NCBI GenBank assembly: GCA_024137785.1
Contig: JAHRHZ010000019.1
Span: 26,034,327-26,098,326, forward strand
Reading direction: 5' to 3'
Length of the DNA: 64,000 nt
Origin: Ginglymostoma cirratum
Taxonomy: Eukaryota
Shown piece by piece: positions 38,577 through 51,035 of this stretch. A program made the position numbers and the translations under genes. The notes beneath the pieces were generated by a model. It had not been told where the DNA came from and made no database searches. It was given only the letters and a program-made list of their open reading frames with translations. The first letter of the stretch is position 1, and the number at the start of each line of letters is the position of its first letter.

Positions 38577-39259
38577 ATGGTGTTCAGGTCCCAGTTCGAG
38601 CTGTATAGCGCCCTTCCCCTTCTACCAAACTCAGCCGAGCGCGCTTTTCTCCTCTTAGCCAGCTCCCGGCCCCAAGAAGAGTTGTCAATGTTCCAGCTAC
38701 CGACCATCAATTTCACTCCGGAGCAAGTGGCCAGCGTCTGTGAGACGCTGGAGGAGACGGGCGACATCGAAAGATTGGGACGCTTTCTCTGGTCTTTACC
38801 TGTGGCGCCGGGGGCATGCGAGGCGATCAACAAGCACGAATCGATCCTCCGAGCCCGGGCGGTCGTGGCCTTCCACACGGGCAACTTCCGAGACTTGTAC
38901 CACATCCTGGAGAACCACAAGTTCACCAAGGAGTCCCACGGCAAGCTGCAGGCGATGTGGCTCGAAGCGCACTACCAGGAGGCCGAGAAGTTGAGGGGTC
39001 GCCCTCTGGGGCCAGTCGACAAGTACCGTGTCCGCAAGAAGTTCCCCCTGCCCAGGACCATCTGGGACGGCGAGCAAAAAACGCACTGTTTCAAGGAGAG
39101 GACGCGCAGCTTGTTGCGAGAGTGGTACTTGCAGGACCCATACCCAAACCCTTCCAAAAAAAGGGAACTGGCCCAAGCGACCGGTCTGACCCCGACACAA
39201 GTGGGGAATTGGTTTAAAAACCGCAGGCAGAGAGACAGAGCGGCGGCCGCCAAAAACAG
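38577..39259 (+). CDS. SIX3: SIX homeobox 3, coding exon 1 (Six domain plus homeodomain)
   Basis: MVFRS N-terminus; [46 protein letters not shown]; [12 protein letters not shown] (Six3/6 QKTH signature); [17 protein letters not shown]; donor AG|GTCGGT at 39259/39260. Confidence 0.98.
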
Positions 39260-41031
39260 GTCGGTGGGTTTTTTTTCCAGGTTACCCTTCTGCCAACTAG
39301 TCAAATTGGCATGTAAATGTTTCAGAAACTCAGCAAACCTTCATCAAAACGCAGTAAATAAAATCACAAGATAAAACGTTGTTTAAATGTACACCATTTT
39401 TTTAATGAATAAAATAACATGCTCATCCAGGATACTAACTGAAACAAAATAAAATCTCAGGACAAACTTTTTAAGCAATTCAGCAAATGAACAAAATTAC
39501 AGTGTAATGGTCAATATTAGGAAGGTGTTACTGGACGGTGTAAGAATCTTTTTTTAAAAAATTCGAAGTATCAGTTATAAAATAGGATCACAACTGACCA
39601 CGGATTTAACAGTATAATTTCCATTAAAACGATCACCAATCGCAATTTCATGAAAACAAAATCTACTAAAAACTTCTGTAAAATAATACCAGTTGTGTAA
39701 GAAGCTGAAATTAAAGGCAGTCTAATTAATAGTAAAATTTACTGGAACCAATGAGAGAATGTGATGCCTTTACTCACTGCAGTGAAGGGTGACATGATAT
39801 AATTATTTGGACAAAATTTAACTTAAATACGTTAAGTGTATTTTTGTTTGGTTCAGAAACAGACTCAAAGTTTCCTGTAATGTCAATGGGCATAAACGCG
39901 TCTGGTTTTATGAAATGCTTTAATTTGTAGCCAAGAGAAACTAAACTATCAGAGAACGTGGAATAACTTCCGGGAGACTGCAAATTCCTGCTTTAGGTAA
40001 AAGGACATACAAATCAACAATTGTTTACTCTCAAACCAAAGTAAGCACATTTGATTTGAGATGAATAACACGATGAACTGGCGCTGACTCGTTGAAAAAT
40101 ATGCAAACGCCAAATTTCGCTTCATGAACTGAGAAGTCCCATCCTGAATACATTGCTAGACCAGTCCACGACAATTGAAGTTCTTTGGATATTTGACTAA
40201 AGTTTATGTGCCAATGAGGATGTTATTACTACTTTCAGCTTCTGAAAAGTTATTGGGTACCCACCTCAATATTTGAGATATCTTAACTCTTCAAATACGA
40301 TAAAGACGGCGTACTTGGCGGGGGTTCAAACCAATACAGGACATTATTTACTTTGCAGGCGATAGCAATTCCTCTTTATCCAAAGTAAACACGTACTGTT
40401 TGACTTGCTAACATTCAAAGTCCCTCTAAGCATTTCAAGTTAGCATGATAAATATCGCCAGAGTACAGTTTAAGCACAGAAATTGGAAATAGCTTGAAGC
40501 ATCAATTTAGCAAGCGGGCTGCAATAAGATGCACCGATAAGACCGCATTCTAACTTATCTTTCGAGGAGCACTTTCCCCAGCAGCAATACAATGAACCGC
40601 GCGCTAAACTTGAAGACGTACAGAGTGCAATTGTTACCAACTAAATACACATTTCGGTTCGGTCTGTTTCTCAACATTATGCTAACTGAAACCAACAAAC
40701 AAATTGCAACAACAATGCTGATTGAACGGCCGTATCTGATATGTAAATTTCCACCAAATTTTAAACAATTACTATTTTTATTATTCTGAAAAAAACAAAC
40801 TATTCGTGCCCATGGAACTCCCGATTATTGCTATTTTGCTGCATATTTAACGATGTTTAGCTTTTCAACAGTACAAGGTTTAAATTGCTTTTTAATAACT
40901 TTATTTGTTCCAGTGATTTCTTGGTCTTCCAAAATAACGATCCACGAGGAACATTTAATAATTCTGTTTTGATTTGTGAATCCCTACCTCCCTCCCTCCT
41001 CAACTCTCTTTCTTTTGTTTGTCTCGGACAG
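39260..41031 (+). other. SIX3: SIX3 intron (1772 bp, phase 2, GT-AG)
   Basis: Starts gtcggt; ends with polypyrimidine tract ctctctttcttttgtttgtctcggacag; splicing restores KNR-LQHQ in frame. Confidence 0.95.
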
Positions 41032-41224
41032 GCTGCAACATCAGGCAGTGGGACAGAGCGGGGTTTGTACGCTTTCGGAGCCGGGCTGCCCTGCTCACAG
41101 CGCGGCGGAATCTCCGTCCACAGCCGCCAGCCCTACTACCAGCGTGTCAAGCATGACAGAGCGAGCCGAGACGGCCACGTCCATTCTCTCGGTAACCTCT
41201 AGCGACAGTGAATGTGATGTATGA
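41032..41224 (+). CDS. SIX3: SIX homeobox 3, coding exon 2
   Basis: [10 protein letters not shown]...[39 protein letters not shown], the SIX3-type C-terminus; spliced CDS 876 nt = 291 aa plus stop. Confidence 0.97.
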
Positions 41225-41830
41225 TGCAAAAACAAAACAAACTCTTAATGCATTCACGAAGGACTATGGACCTGAGATTTAAACAAAAAAAAAGACATTT
41301 AATGAACATTTTTAAGAAAAAGAGACAAACAAAAAAAAACACCTTCGAGAGGGAATAAAGTGACAGTTTAAAAAAACAAATCTAAGACAAACACGTCTGA
41401 TCCAGCGCTTTCCATGGAGCCACCCGACTTGCATGATGTATTTTATATCTGGGAAAGTAATAATCTACGTTAATATTTTTTACAAGGATCTACAAGGAAG
41501 AGGGAATGAGAGAATCTTCGTCGCCTTTGTTGCTCTCTATAGTCCGAGTGCTGGTCAGACCCCCGAAGCCAGGCTGAGAATCGTTTTTCTGTTCCGCAGA
41601 CAATCATTTTTCGTAAGCACCTTTTTCTACACTTCTGTTACTGCCTGTGTGGGTACTGGTTATGTGGAAGAATAGTTATGACTGTAACAGATTTTTATTT
41701 TTTATTTCAAAATTTTATATGAATTATGTATATCTAATGACGCGATCATTCTCCCAGTTTGTAATATATGTGTAGAAATGCCTGTATATGATATTGCTTT
41801 TTTTTCTCTCTTTCTTTCTGTCTCGATTAC
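41225..41830 (+). other. SIX3: SIX3 3' UTR (3' end uncertain)
   Basis: Follows the stop codon; AATAAA at 41354-41359; U-rich block 41575-41800; ATTAAA further on at 42289-42294. Confidence 0.6.
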
Positions 41831-42882
41831 AGACTCAGTGTTCTTGCATATTGTGTCAAACGTCTGACGAAAGTACTAGGTTCTTAAGAAAGTGGGGAGG
41901 GTGGGGCGATATCCAACTAGATAAATCTAGTGCGATGTAATTTTATGCAAAGTGCTATTTTGAGTATCTTCAGCAACTACGAAGTTCTATTATATCTCCC
42001 GAGTTTATGTAGGGCGCTTACTAGTCACTGTTTCTCCAACTGTGTGTTTATCTATATGTAAAAAACTTTCTAAATCAAAATATAGTATTCCGTTTTCTTA
42101 TACCTGGTGGTTTATTGTGTCTTTCTCTGCGAAGTTACTTTGAACGGTTCGACATACTTACACACAGAAACTACAAAGGGAGGAGTTTGTGTGAAAAGGG
42201 AATACGCATCGAAGGGTATTATACACTTGGATTTCGTAAAGAACACTTTTTTAAAAAAATGTAAATGTCAGCTAAATTTATCACTCATATTAAAATGGTG
42301 TCCAATGATCGCGGGGAGGTGGAGGGGAATGAATGTACCTACATTCTACTTAAATAAGTTATCTCACAAGCTATCCACTTCATGAGGAACATTATTGCAG
42401 CGAGTGAGTGATATTGACAAATTGTACAAGAAATTGGGTTGGAGACAGTAACTTGCTCCTATTTATGGCGGCAAATGAAAACAGTAAATACGAGGACTCG
42501 CCATTTAATCAGCTAATCATATTACAGCTCCTCCCCATGAATCTTAAGTTCATTGTGAAGTGTTGAAAGAAGTCTTTATTTGCATGACTAACAGTCCACC
42601 GCCAGCACCTTTGCACTAATGTCGTTCATTGCCCCGGGCTGTTAATTCAGGCGTGAATTAAAAATAGAACTGAGCCCTGAACTTGTTTTCACTTGTGAAG
42701 TTTTTTGAAATCTATCCCTGTGTGCTTTGGATAACGATTGAGAAAATCCGTGACGGGTTCTCTGGCAACTAAAACGAAATTTAAATGAGACCCAAACGCT
42801 AACTACAGCAACCAACAAACAGCGTCAGATGATTGGGTGTTTTGCACTTTTCTTGAGGTTTAAACATTTAGCAAAGATCTTG

Positions 42883-42903
42883 TGTATATATATATATATA
42901 TAC
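42883..42903. repeat. (TA)n microsatellite
   Basis: tgtatatatatatatatatac. Confidence 0.85.
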
Positions 42904-45900
42904 ATTGTATCAAAGATAACATTGCACCAAAAGTTATTAATAGGCAGGTTCCACAGTTACTTTGAAGAAAAGCTGCTATCCAAACTTCCAAGGGTCTTTA
43001 TAAACAGGAGTTCGCCTCTCCGTTTTTTTGCTACGCAAACCATGACTGCAGTAAATTTCTGATTTATCACTGTGTATTAACAACAATTAACATCTATTTT
43101 TATTATTCTAATTGTGACTGGTAACAAAAGTTATTAGCCTCAATGAACGATTGTTTTTTTTTCATGTGAAGCTAACGTGTTCACTTCAACCTTTGTAAAT
43201 ACTTGGCAGCGATCTGTTTCGCTCTGCGCTGCTTGGCGATAATTGAATCTTTTTGAAACTGTTGCTTTTGTGTGAGGAACACAATCTTTCCACCGCAGAT
43301 TTCTATTTCTACGGGAATGTCTATTGAAACCCATCTATGCAGTAAAACGATTAACAAGTGAAACGATTCTGGGGCAAATTAAAAGGCTGTATCACGTCCC
43401 CCTCTTTCTAAAAAAAAAGTTTAGAGTTTTCTAACGTTTTTTCTTATATTAGAGGAATCGTTTTGGAACTGTCTAAAATTGCAATGTTGTAGGTCACCAA
43501 AATTTGGATTGCTTCTAAATCCGGGCAAATAATTACATTATTTGAGACAGCTCTAAGCTATAGTTGGACCACAGATAGCTGCATTATTTCAAAAGGCTTC
43601 TACAGTTGTTACGTTGTGAGACGACTTGGCTTGTCGAATACTGTTGTTTTAAAAGGGTGTAGTCGTTTAATGTGTACATATGTGAGTATTATCCAAGATG
43701 AAATCTATATAAACAGATTTTCAATTGGTTCAGGCTAAATCCCCAGCAGTTTTCTCTTACATTGAAGTAACTATACCTCGCCTTGAGGGAAAGGGAGAAA
43801 CGAAGTACAAGAGCGACTGTTTGATCTGATTGCACTAATGCTGCAAAGATTTTAGTGATTGTGGGGTGAGACAACAAAAAAAAGAGTAAAATGCGGAAGC
43901 GGAAAGTTCCTGGAGGTGCTTTTGCAGGAAGGAAGAAGCGTGAAGGCTCCGCGGAGAGACCGCGAGCATGCGCGGTCTCAACGTGTTACTTTCAAAGAGT
44001 GAACTGAGCTCAGCTGCCAGAACAAATCGTGTCAGGCAAGGAGAGATAACATGCACTTATTAATGAAATCTCCTTGAAACAGTGGTTTGTAGCTTTAAAA
44101 TGGCAGTGCTGGCAGTATGTGTCTTTCACAAATTATTTTTCAATAGAAATTTTAGGATGCTTTCTTTAAGAAATTGGTATTTTGATAGATGAAACTCATG
44201 ATTTTGCAATTGCTTTGTTCTTGGGTAGTGGATTGAGACACAAATCTATGAAAATCTGAATTTAAGCTTCCAGACTCACTAAATCCTTCTGCCCCGGAAA
44301 GATATGCCCTATCACAAGCAAAAAGCCAAGGCGGCTTACTTCGAGTTCGCCATTACCGATTATTATCGATGAATCTTCTTCAAACCTCCATTAGTTTATT
44401 ATCCATGACAAGCCTAGCTGTTGATTTAAATGAAATTAATCTAAAGCCGATGAGCATTTATTCAGCAATGCTCAAGCCTTCGGCGTTCGATGCAAGTCAA
44501 ACAGATGGCATGGGCTGTATCTGACTTTGATATTCCACTCGGGTGCTAATATGCCAAATGCACCAAATCACACAAGAAACACAGTGAGGGCAATACAGAT
44601 GCTGTCTTTCTATGTCCAACTATACAGTTTGGACCATGAAATCTTTAGTTACGACATGCTTTTAAAATGAAGTATCGGAAAGTCTGCTCTATACACTACA
44701 GACGAGAGTTGGTGTTACTCTGGATCGCTTTGCAAAGTCTCCAATCCTGGTTTACACAAGTAACGTACAAAAACGCACAGGCCACAAATAATTAATGTTA
44801 ATAAATACAAATTAATGCATGCATATTATTTCGCTGTTCAGAAGGACGCCGATTAATGGAATATTCATTTACTTGTTGAAATAGATTCAAGGCGGTCATG
44901 AAAGTAGCAAAATAGTTGAACTATGGACGCGACGTATTCTGACCTTACGCTAATTTGGTGGTTTAGCAGAGCAGAAGTTTTCTTTTTATTCGTGTGTATT
45001 CATGCAATTCTTTACCAGCGCTGTGCTGCGTCTGGGCTGATTTCTGAAGATGCAGTCAGACATACTCCAAGCGAACCGGACGAAGAATCAAAAAGGTAGG
45101 AAATAATCTGATAACCTTACCTCTCAACATCACGTTAGTCTTCTTCCATATCCGAGTGTAACATTTACCTTATAATTGTTTTCTTTCCCCTATATTTATA
45201 AATAGCAATTAGTAAAAATCCATCACAGTGAGACCGTACATTGTTTTGTTGACATTGGGTTATGGCCGTAGGGAGCCCAGGAAGATAGGTAACATGGCTC
45301 CACTTTTGAAAGTGAAAGAGGAGGAACCACCAATCGGAATCTCGGCAAAAAAGCTACATTTTTATTGCAAAGACAGTTCAACACATTCAGGGATTCGGGT
45401 GTGGAAAACAGAATCCCTTTCAAAGTCTGGGATTTCATTTGTTTCAAGTTGAATTACACTATAATCGATCTAATTTTGCCATGTACTTGTTACATCGCGG
45501 CGACTTCAGACCTTTAGGTTTTTCTTTTTAAACAAAATGGAAGAATACTATTATATTAATATCATAATAATATTTCCTCTTAAGCCTGGACTCTACGACT
45601 TTCCACAAATCAAATTTTGACGAAGATGAAACTACTATTTATTTGGACGTAATAAGAAATCTTGAATTTAGTTCAGTTACAGAGTTGTAACTTCCTTATT
45701 TACAGACATAACCCACCTCTTGGTCTCGTCCACTGCGGCTGTATATAATTTCCCAGCCTTTCAAAGGGTTCTAATGTATTTCTCATTGAATATATCATTT
45801 GGATATATGTTCCAAATTCTCCAGAGAAGGATTGAGTTTCTTACTTGATGTGATTTTTTGAATGAAAATACAGGATATCTAAAAGCATACATATACTTTA

Positions 45901-46827
45901 GAACTTTGGGGATGTTCACCTGTGCACATCCGTGCTGCAGCTGTTTTGTAAATGTAGCAAATAATACCTCTATTCAGTGAATTGACGTTGAGAAATTACT
46001 AGAATATTCACAATGTTTCGTCGACTGTACTTGGCTAATTAATGCAGCAAACCGCGTGGTCATTAATTCGAGCATTGAACTTGGGGAAGCGGTGAGCGCT
46101 GACAGTAGGTTTCCTTTAATGAGCTATGCGATGGGTTCGGTTCTTGTTTCTCTGTTATGTTCACTCTTTACTGATAAAAAAAATCTTCAAGACTATTTGG
46201 ATTTAAAACTGTAATTCTATTAAATAGCAATTGAAGGATCACGGAAGACGATGATACGGGATCAACTGCCACCTAAGCTGCCCATTTGAACTTTGTTGTC
46301 ATACGCAGATGGGATCATGGCCTTTCCAGGATGATTGTGAGTTCCAGACATGCAAAGGCTGCAACAACAGATTAATTAATTTGTCTTCGTTTAAACGAAG
46401 GAAATTGTACGGAATGGTCGCCCTGTCTTGAGATGTCTTCAGAACGTTTTTAAACTTTATATTCTTTTTGCGGATTAGATGGAATTAAACAGAGTCTTTA
46501 TAGATTGTAGTTTTAACAGCGTGATTCATATTTCTGTAACTGCTGTTATTCCTCAAAGGCAGACTGATATTCCTTTCATTCATTTCGCTTGTGTGTCATT
46601 GAAGATTAGTTTGCGAATACTGGACTATTTCCAAGTAGTGGTTTGAAACGTTATTGTCAGATCCGTATTTACCGTCATAACCGATATATCATCATCATTA
46701 TTTGCATTGACATTCTCAGCAGGGCGATATAATGATTAGTACATTCGTTCATCATTAATTGCCAAGTTTCCTGATTGTTTTGATTACTGTTTGTAGCTTC
46801 GGCTCCTGATAGCAATCTCAGGCAAAT

Positions 46828-46887
46828 CACATACAAACACACACACACACACACAGATACACACGCGCGCGCGCACACACACACACA
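46828..46887. repeat. Compound (CA)n(CG)n(CA)n microsatellite
   Basis: acacacacacacacacacagatacacacgcgcgcgcgcacacacacacaca. Confidence 0.9.
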
Positions 46888-48519
46888 TTAGCTACAGGCC
46901 GTTGCAGTAAAATTATTAAAGGAAACGTGGTATTTAGTCATTATTGATTTCCTAAGTAATAATTATCTGAAACGTACAAAATTAAAGTGCAGTAGCGCAC
47001 ACTTATATGGGCCTTCCACCAATGTAGGTTTTTAAATTAAAATATAAATCATCCAAATTTTCAAATATAATCAATCATTTGATTGTTGAAATTCTCCACA
47101 TGATATTCCATGCGTCTGGTTTTATAGGGAGGTGTACTTACGGACTCTGCGTTAACATATTGCTACAATCAACGCTTCAAAATTCAAATATGGCTCTATA
47201 TGTTATTGGCTGATTAGTAAGGTACTTTAGTAAGTTGTTCCAAAACCTGATGCAGTTTATTGTCAGACATTTTAACGTCATTTTTGATGCGCAGTTGTTA
47301 TGTTCCCATAAGTACACATTCAGCCTGTCGTCTATAGACCAGGTTATGCGTTGTGAATGCTTTCTCTAGATTAATTTTATCTACGTTGGTGACAATTGTT
47401 CAAAATGTAACAACAAATCACGCGTGCTCTGATTCTAAATGGCGGCAACATGTTCATTAAACTATTTTAGGTCTTTACTCAGTTTACGTTGCTGGAAGAG
47501 CAAGTCTACACCAGTTACCTACTAAATTCAGCCATCAGACGGGAATACAGAGCTGCTTGTACAGCGATGGCCAAGTCCATACTACAGGAGGCACGTTAGA
47601 TAATGCATAATACATCGACAAATTGAGGTGTTAAACATTACAGCACATTTCAGCACTTACGCTGCCAGTGCAGTGGGTTCAGGGCTCTAATAGTTCCATT
47701 TTATGTAGTCGTGTTTTGAAATCGCACCTATTTAGGCAAGTCTAAAGCACACATTTGCCATACTGTATGTCATTTCGATAGGTGCTGGTGTATAATAGAA
47801 ACATGCATTACTGGATAATAATGTGGAAAGATAGAAACAAATTATGTCACACATGTATGTCCTTAGCATTATCGAAATGCTAGATACTTCTGGCAATCAC
47901 TTGTGATTGTCAATAATGTGCACATCTATTAAATGTTTGGATGTTTCTTTATATGCGCAATTTATTTGCGCTTACTGTCGATTTAGAGTATGGACAAGCT
48001 CTTCAATATTCTTCTTAGCCCCACAAGTTTTCCCGACTTGTCACTCATTTCACAAGTTGTTTCCGCCTGGTAGTGTCTGTGCGCAGGCTTCAAACGGATC
48101 TCCTACAAAGAACAGCCGATAGCTTTATCTTTGTTAATTCAAATTCCTTTGATCAAACTAGTTACTAGTTTAACCCCTCTGGTGCCTAAGCACAAAACAT
48201 CTGTTAATGTCAGCTGTCTCTGTGTATGGCTGAGGAATGAAGGATAATATGGGAAGACTTGTAGTTCGTGAACTTTTCGTTCTGTGGCTAGGTCAGGCCA
48301 CTATTTTTGCACTCTGTGATGGATCTGACATAAAAAGGGAGTTAAATGTGCGATTTCTAATGATTGCACCGACCTCTTTTCCTATCTCCTATTATTTACA
48401 AACTAAATATTTATATCTCATTTACTGCAGCAATATTGTTTCGTTACATGTATTCCCCTAGGCTTACCTGTAGCTGCGTGTATGGGGTGAAAGTTTGAAT
48501 GGGTGTGTGGTGTGTCTAT

Positions 48520-48720
48520 GTATTTGATTCTGGGCTGACCAGAATGCGTTGAAGGGACCAGGAAGGGTCCGTTATTTGTCTTAATCCGAGGGAATTCTTG
48601 CAGACCTGTGGGAAAAGAGCAGATGAGTGGTACTAATTGGATAGCTCTTCCAAAAAGCTGTCACAAACACCACGGGCCGAACGGCCACGATTATGCTATG
48701 TAAATCCATAATTCAATGAC
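48520..48720 (+). mobile_element. CR1 3' tail remnant
   Basis: gggaaaagagcagatgagtggtactaattggatagctcttccaaaaagctgtcacaaacaccacgggccgaacggcc. Confidence 0.7.
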
Positions 48721-50325
48721 TTGCCTTTCAGTACCTGCCTGCATGGAGTCTCGCTCATTCTTGCCATTCAGCCAATTTCATATTAATCACTTCACTAGAA
48801 GGCTTGCTTCTTATCAGGGAGAACGGTAATACTGTATTTACGTGTCGTGTGCACAGGGTTATTTATCTAGAAACAAGAGTCACTTATTAGCTGGGCATCT
48901 GTCCTTCTTCTGCAAGCGATGTACCTGCATGTTGCGAAAATACTGCTTGATCCCTCTTGTGCGCTGTAGGTTGTGTGCCAGAGAGAAATGCGTTTCTATG
49001 CCTTTCTGCCTGAGACTGCGAGTCCCACTTTTTTTTAAAAAAAGCAGCACCATTTACAAATTCCTTCCAGCGCGCTCTCTCTTTCTCCGGCTTGTTCACA
49101 TACGTTGTACAGAACATCGAGAGCGCCCTGCCTTTTGTCACCAGTTGTCACAGCAGGGAGGCTAGGGAGACTTGAAGGTTGCCTGTTCTCCCCCTTGACA
49201 CGAAACGCCCGCTTGAGCAGATTCAGAATTCAGGGAAAAGCAGCAAACGCCCCAGAGTCCGCGGTGCATGGGCAATGCCCAACCCCCGGCACCACCGCCA
49301 CCCCCCTCCTCCCACCCCGTATGCCCCATCCCCTGCACGTTAGCTATGCTATCATCCAGAAATATTTCCCTTTAATCATTTCCAAGTTTGAAGGCCTGCA
49401 TTTCTGACATAGATCTATGTAACGTTTTTTAAAAAATCTCCTGTTCTCTGTCTGCATCTGATCTTAGCCTATAAAGGTCTCAGTTACAGATAGTCTTTTG
49501 GCCTCTCTCCATCTCTTTCACTCAACCCACCAGCTGTATCAGTGAGAGAGTGTGAGGGAAATCTTTGTTACTGTCAGCGAGCTGATTATAACTGCGGGAA
49601 ACCAGAGCAGTTTCACATCTATGTGCAATTGTGCATCTTAAGAAGTTTAGCATTATTGAGAAGTAGTTTTGGCCTTCGATCAGAACTAAACTTCTGGTCT
49701 GTAAATCAGGCAAAAAGCGCAAACTATCTCTAGAACTGACCGCGAAGCCAAACTGAACAACGCTGTCTCCTCCAGGGAACTCCGTTCCAGTTTGTATCAG
49801 CATCGAGTCAGGTCCTAATTCACATAAACACAGAAAGTACAATTCGAAAACAATCCATTCAGCTCGGCCTGTCAGTGTCAGCATTCATTTTTCATGCATT
49901 GAACTGTTTCCCACTATATTCATCTCCACTGCTTCCATTTCCTTCTGTCAACTATCCCTCAGTCGCCTCGCCGAACGAGTTTTGAATCGTGATACAGATT
50001 CTGTTGCAACCGCTAATCATGGAGGCAAATTCAAGAGCCCCAAGTTTGCACAATAATTTTAATGTCAATATGATGCTGCAATAAACTTAAATAACTATCA
50101 GTAAAATAAATTCCAACTGTGAAAGCGTGCATCAAAACCACGCAATGATAAACCTTTGTGAATTAACACAAAATACCTATGAGCATTACTATGTGTGAAC
50201 TGCTGTGATCAGCAAATGTAGGGTAAGAATACTTGGACAGGTGAGTAATGCTGGCAATGTTGGCTCAATTGTTGTACAGCATTGTGTAATTCAATATACT
50301 TTAGCTGAAAAACTGCAAGTCTGAC

Positions 50326-51035
50326 TGTGCTCAGTGTGCATGCGAGTGTGAGCACAGTGTGAGCGTGAGCTCAGTGTAGGTGCAAGTGAGCTCAGCATGA
50401 GCGTGTGAGAGCAATGTGAGTACAAATGATCTCAGTGTTTGAATTTCATCACCAAGTATGATTGTGATCAGTATAGCTGCACGAATGAACTCAGTATGAC
50501 AATGAGTGTGAGTGAGCTCAGTGTGACAGTGAGTGTGAGTCAGCACATTGTGATGGTGTGTGTGTGAGCTCAGTGTGTTAGTGACTGTGAGTGAGCTCAG
50601 TATGATAGTGAGTGCAAGTGAGCTCAGTGTGATAGTGAGTGTGAGTGAGGTCTGTGTGACAGTGAGTGCGAGTGAGCTCGGTGTGATAGTGCGAGTGAGC
50701 TCGGTGTGATGGTGAGTGTGAGTGAGCTCTGTGTGATGGTGAGTGTATTTGAGCTCAATGTGATGCTGACTATTAGAGAGCAGTGTGCGTTGGTGAGTTA
50801 TGAGTGAGCTGAATGTCATGGTGAGCTATGTGTGAGCTCAGTGTGTTGGTGAGTGTGAATAAGCTCAGTGTGATGGTGAGTGTGAGTGAGCTTAGTGTGA
50901 TGGTGATTGTGTGAGCACAGGGTGATGGAGAGTGTGAGTGAGCTCTGTGTGATGGTGAGTGTATTTGAGTTCAATGTGATGCTGACTGTTAGAGAGCAGT
51001 GTGAGTGAGCTCAGTGTGATGGTGAGAGTGTGATG
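50326..51035. repeat. 27-bp GT-rich minisatellite (GCTCAGTGTGATGGTGAGTGTGAGTGA)n
   Basis: Repeated gagtgagctcagtgtga units; explains the His/Thr-rich minus-strand ORFs. Confidence 0.9.

Noticed and set aside
38570-39304. Antisense and alternative-frame ORFs overlapping SIX3 exon 1
   Set aside because: Expected shadows of GC-rich coding sequence; no recognisable protein motifs
39260-39374. C-terminal extension of the 265-aa ORF ([11 protein letters not shown]...)
   Set aside because: Read-through into the intron; splicing at 39259 to 41032 restores the canonical SIX3 C-terminus
48165-49170. CTCF-like words (reverse of cccctctggtgc near 48175; cagcagggaggcta near 49151), given the known SIX3/SIX2 TAD border
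   Set aside because: Only partial matches by eye; would need a PWM scan or ChIP data
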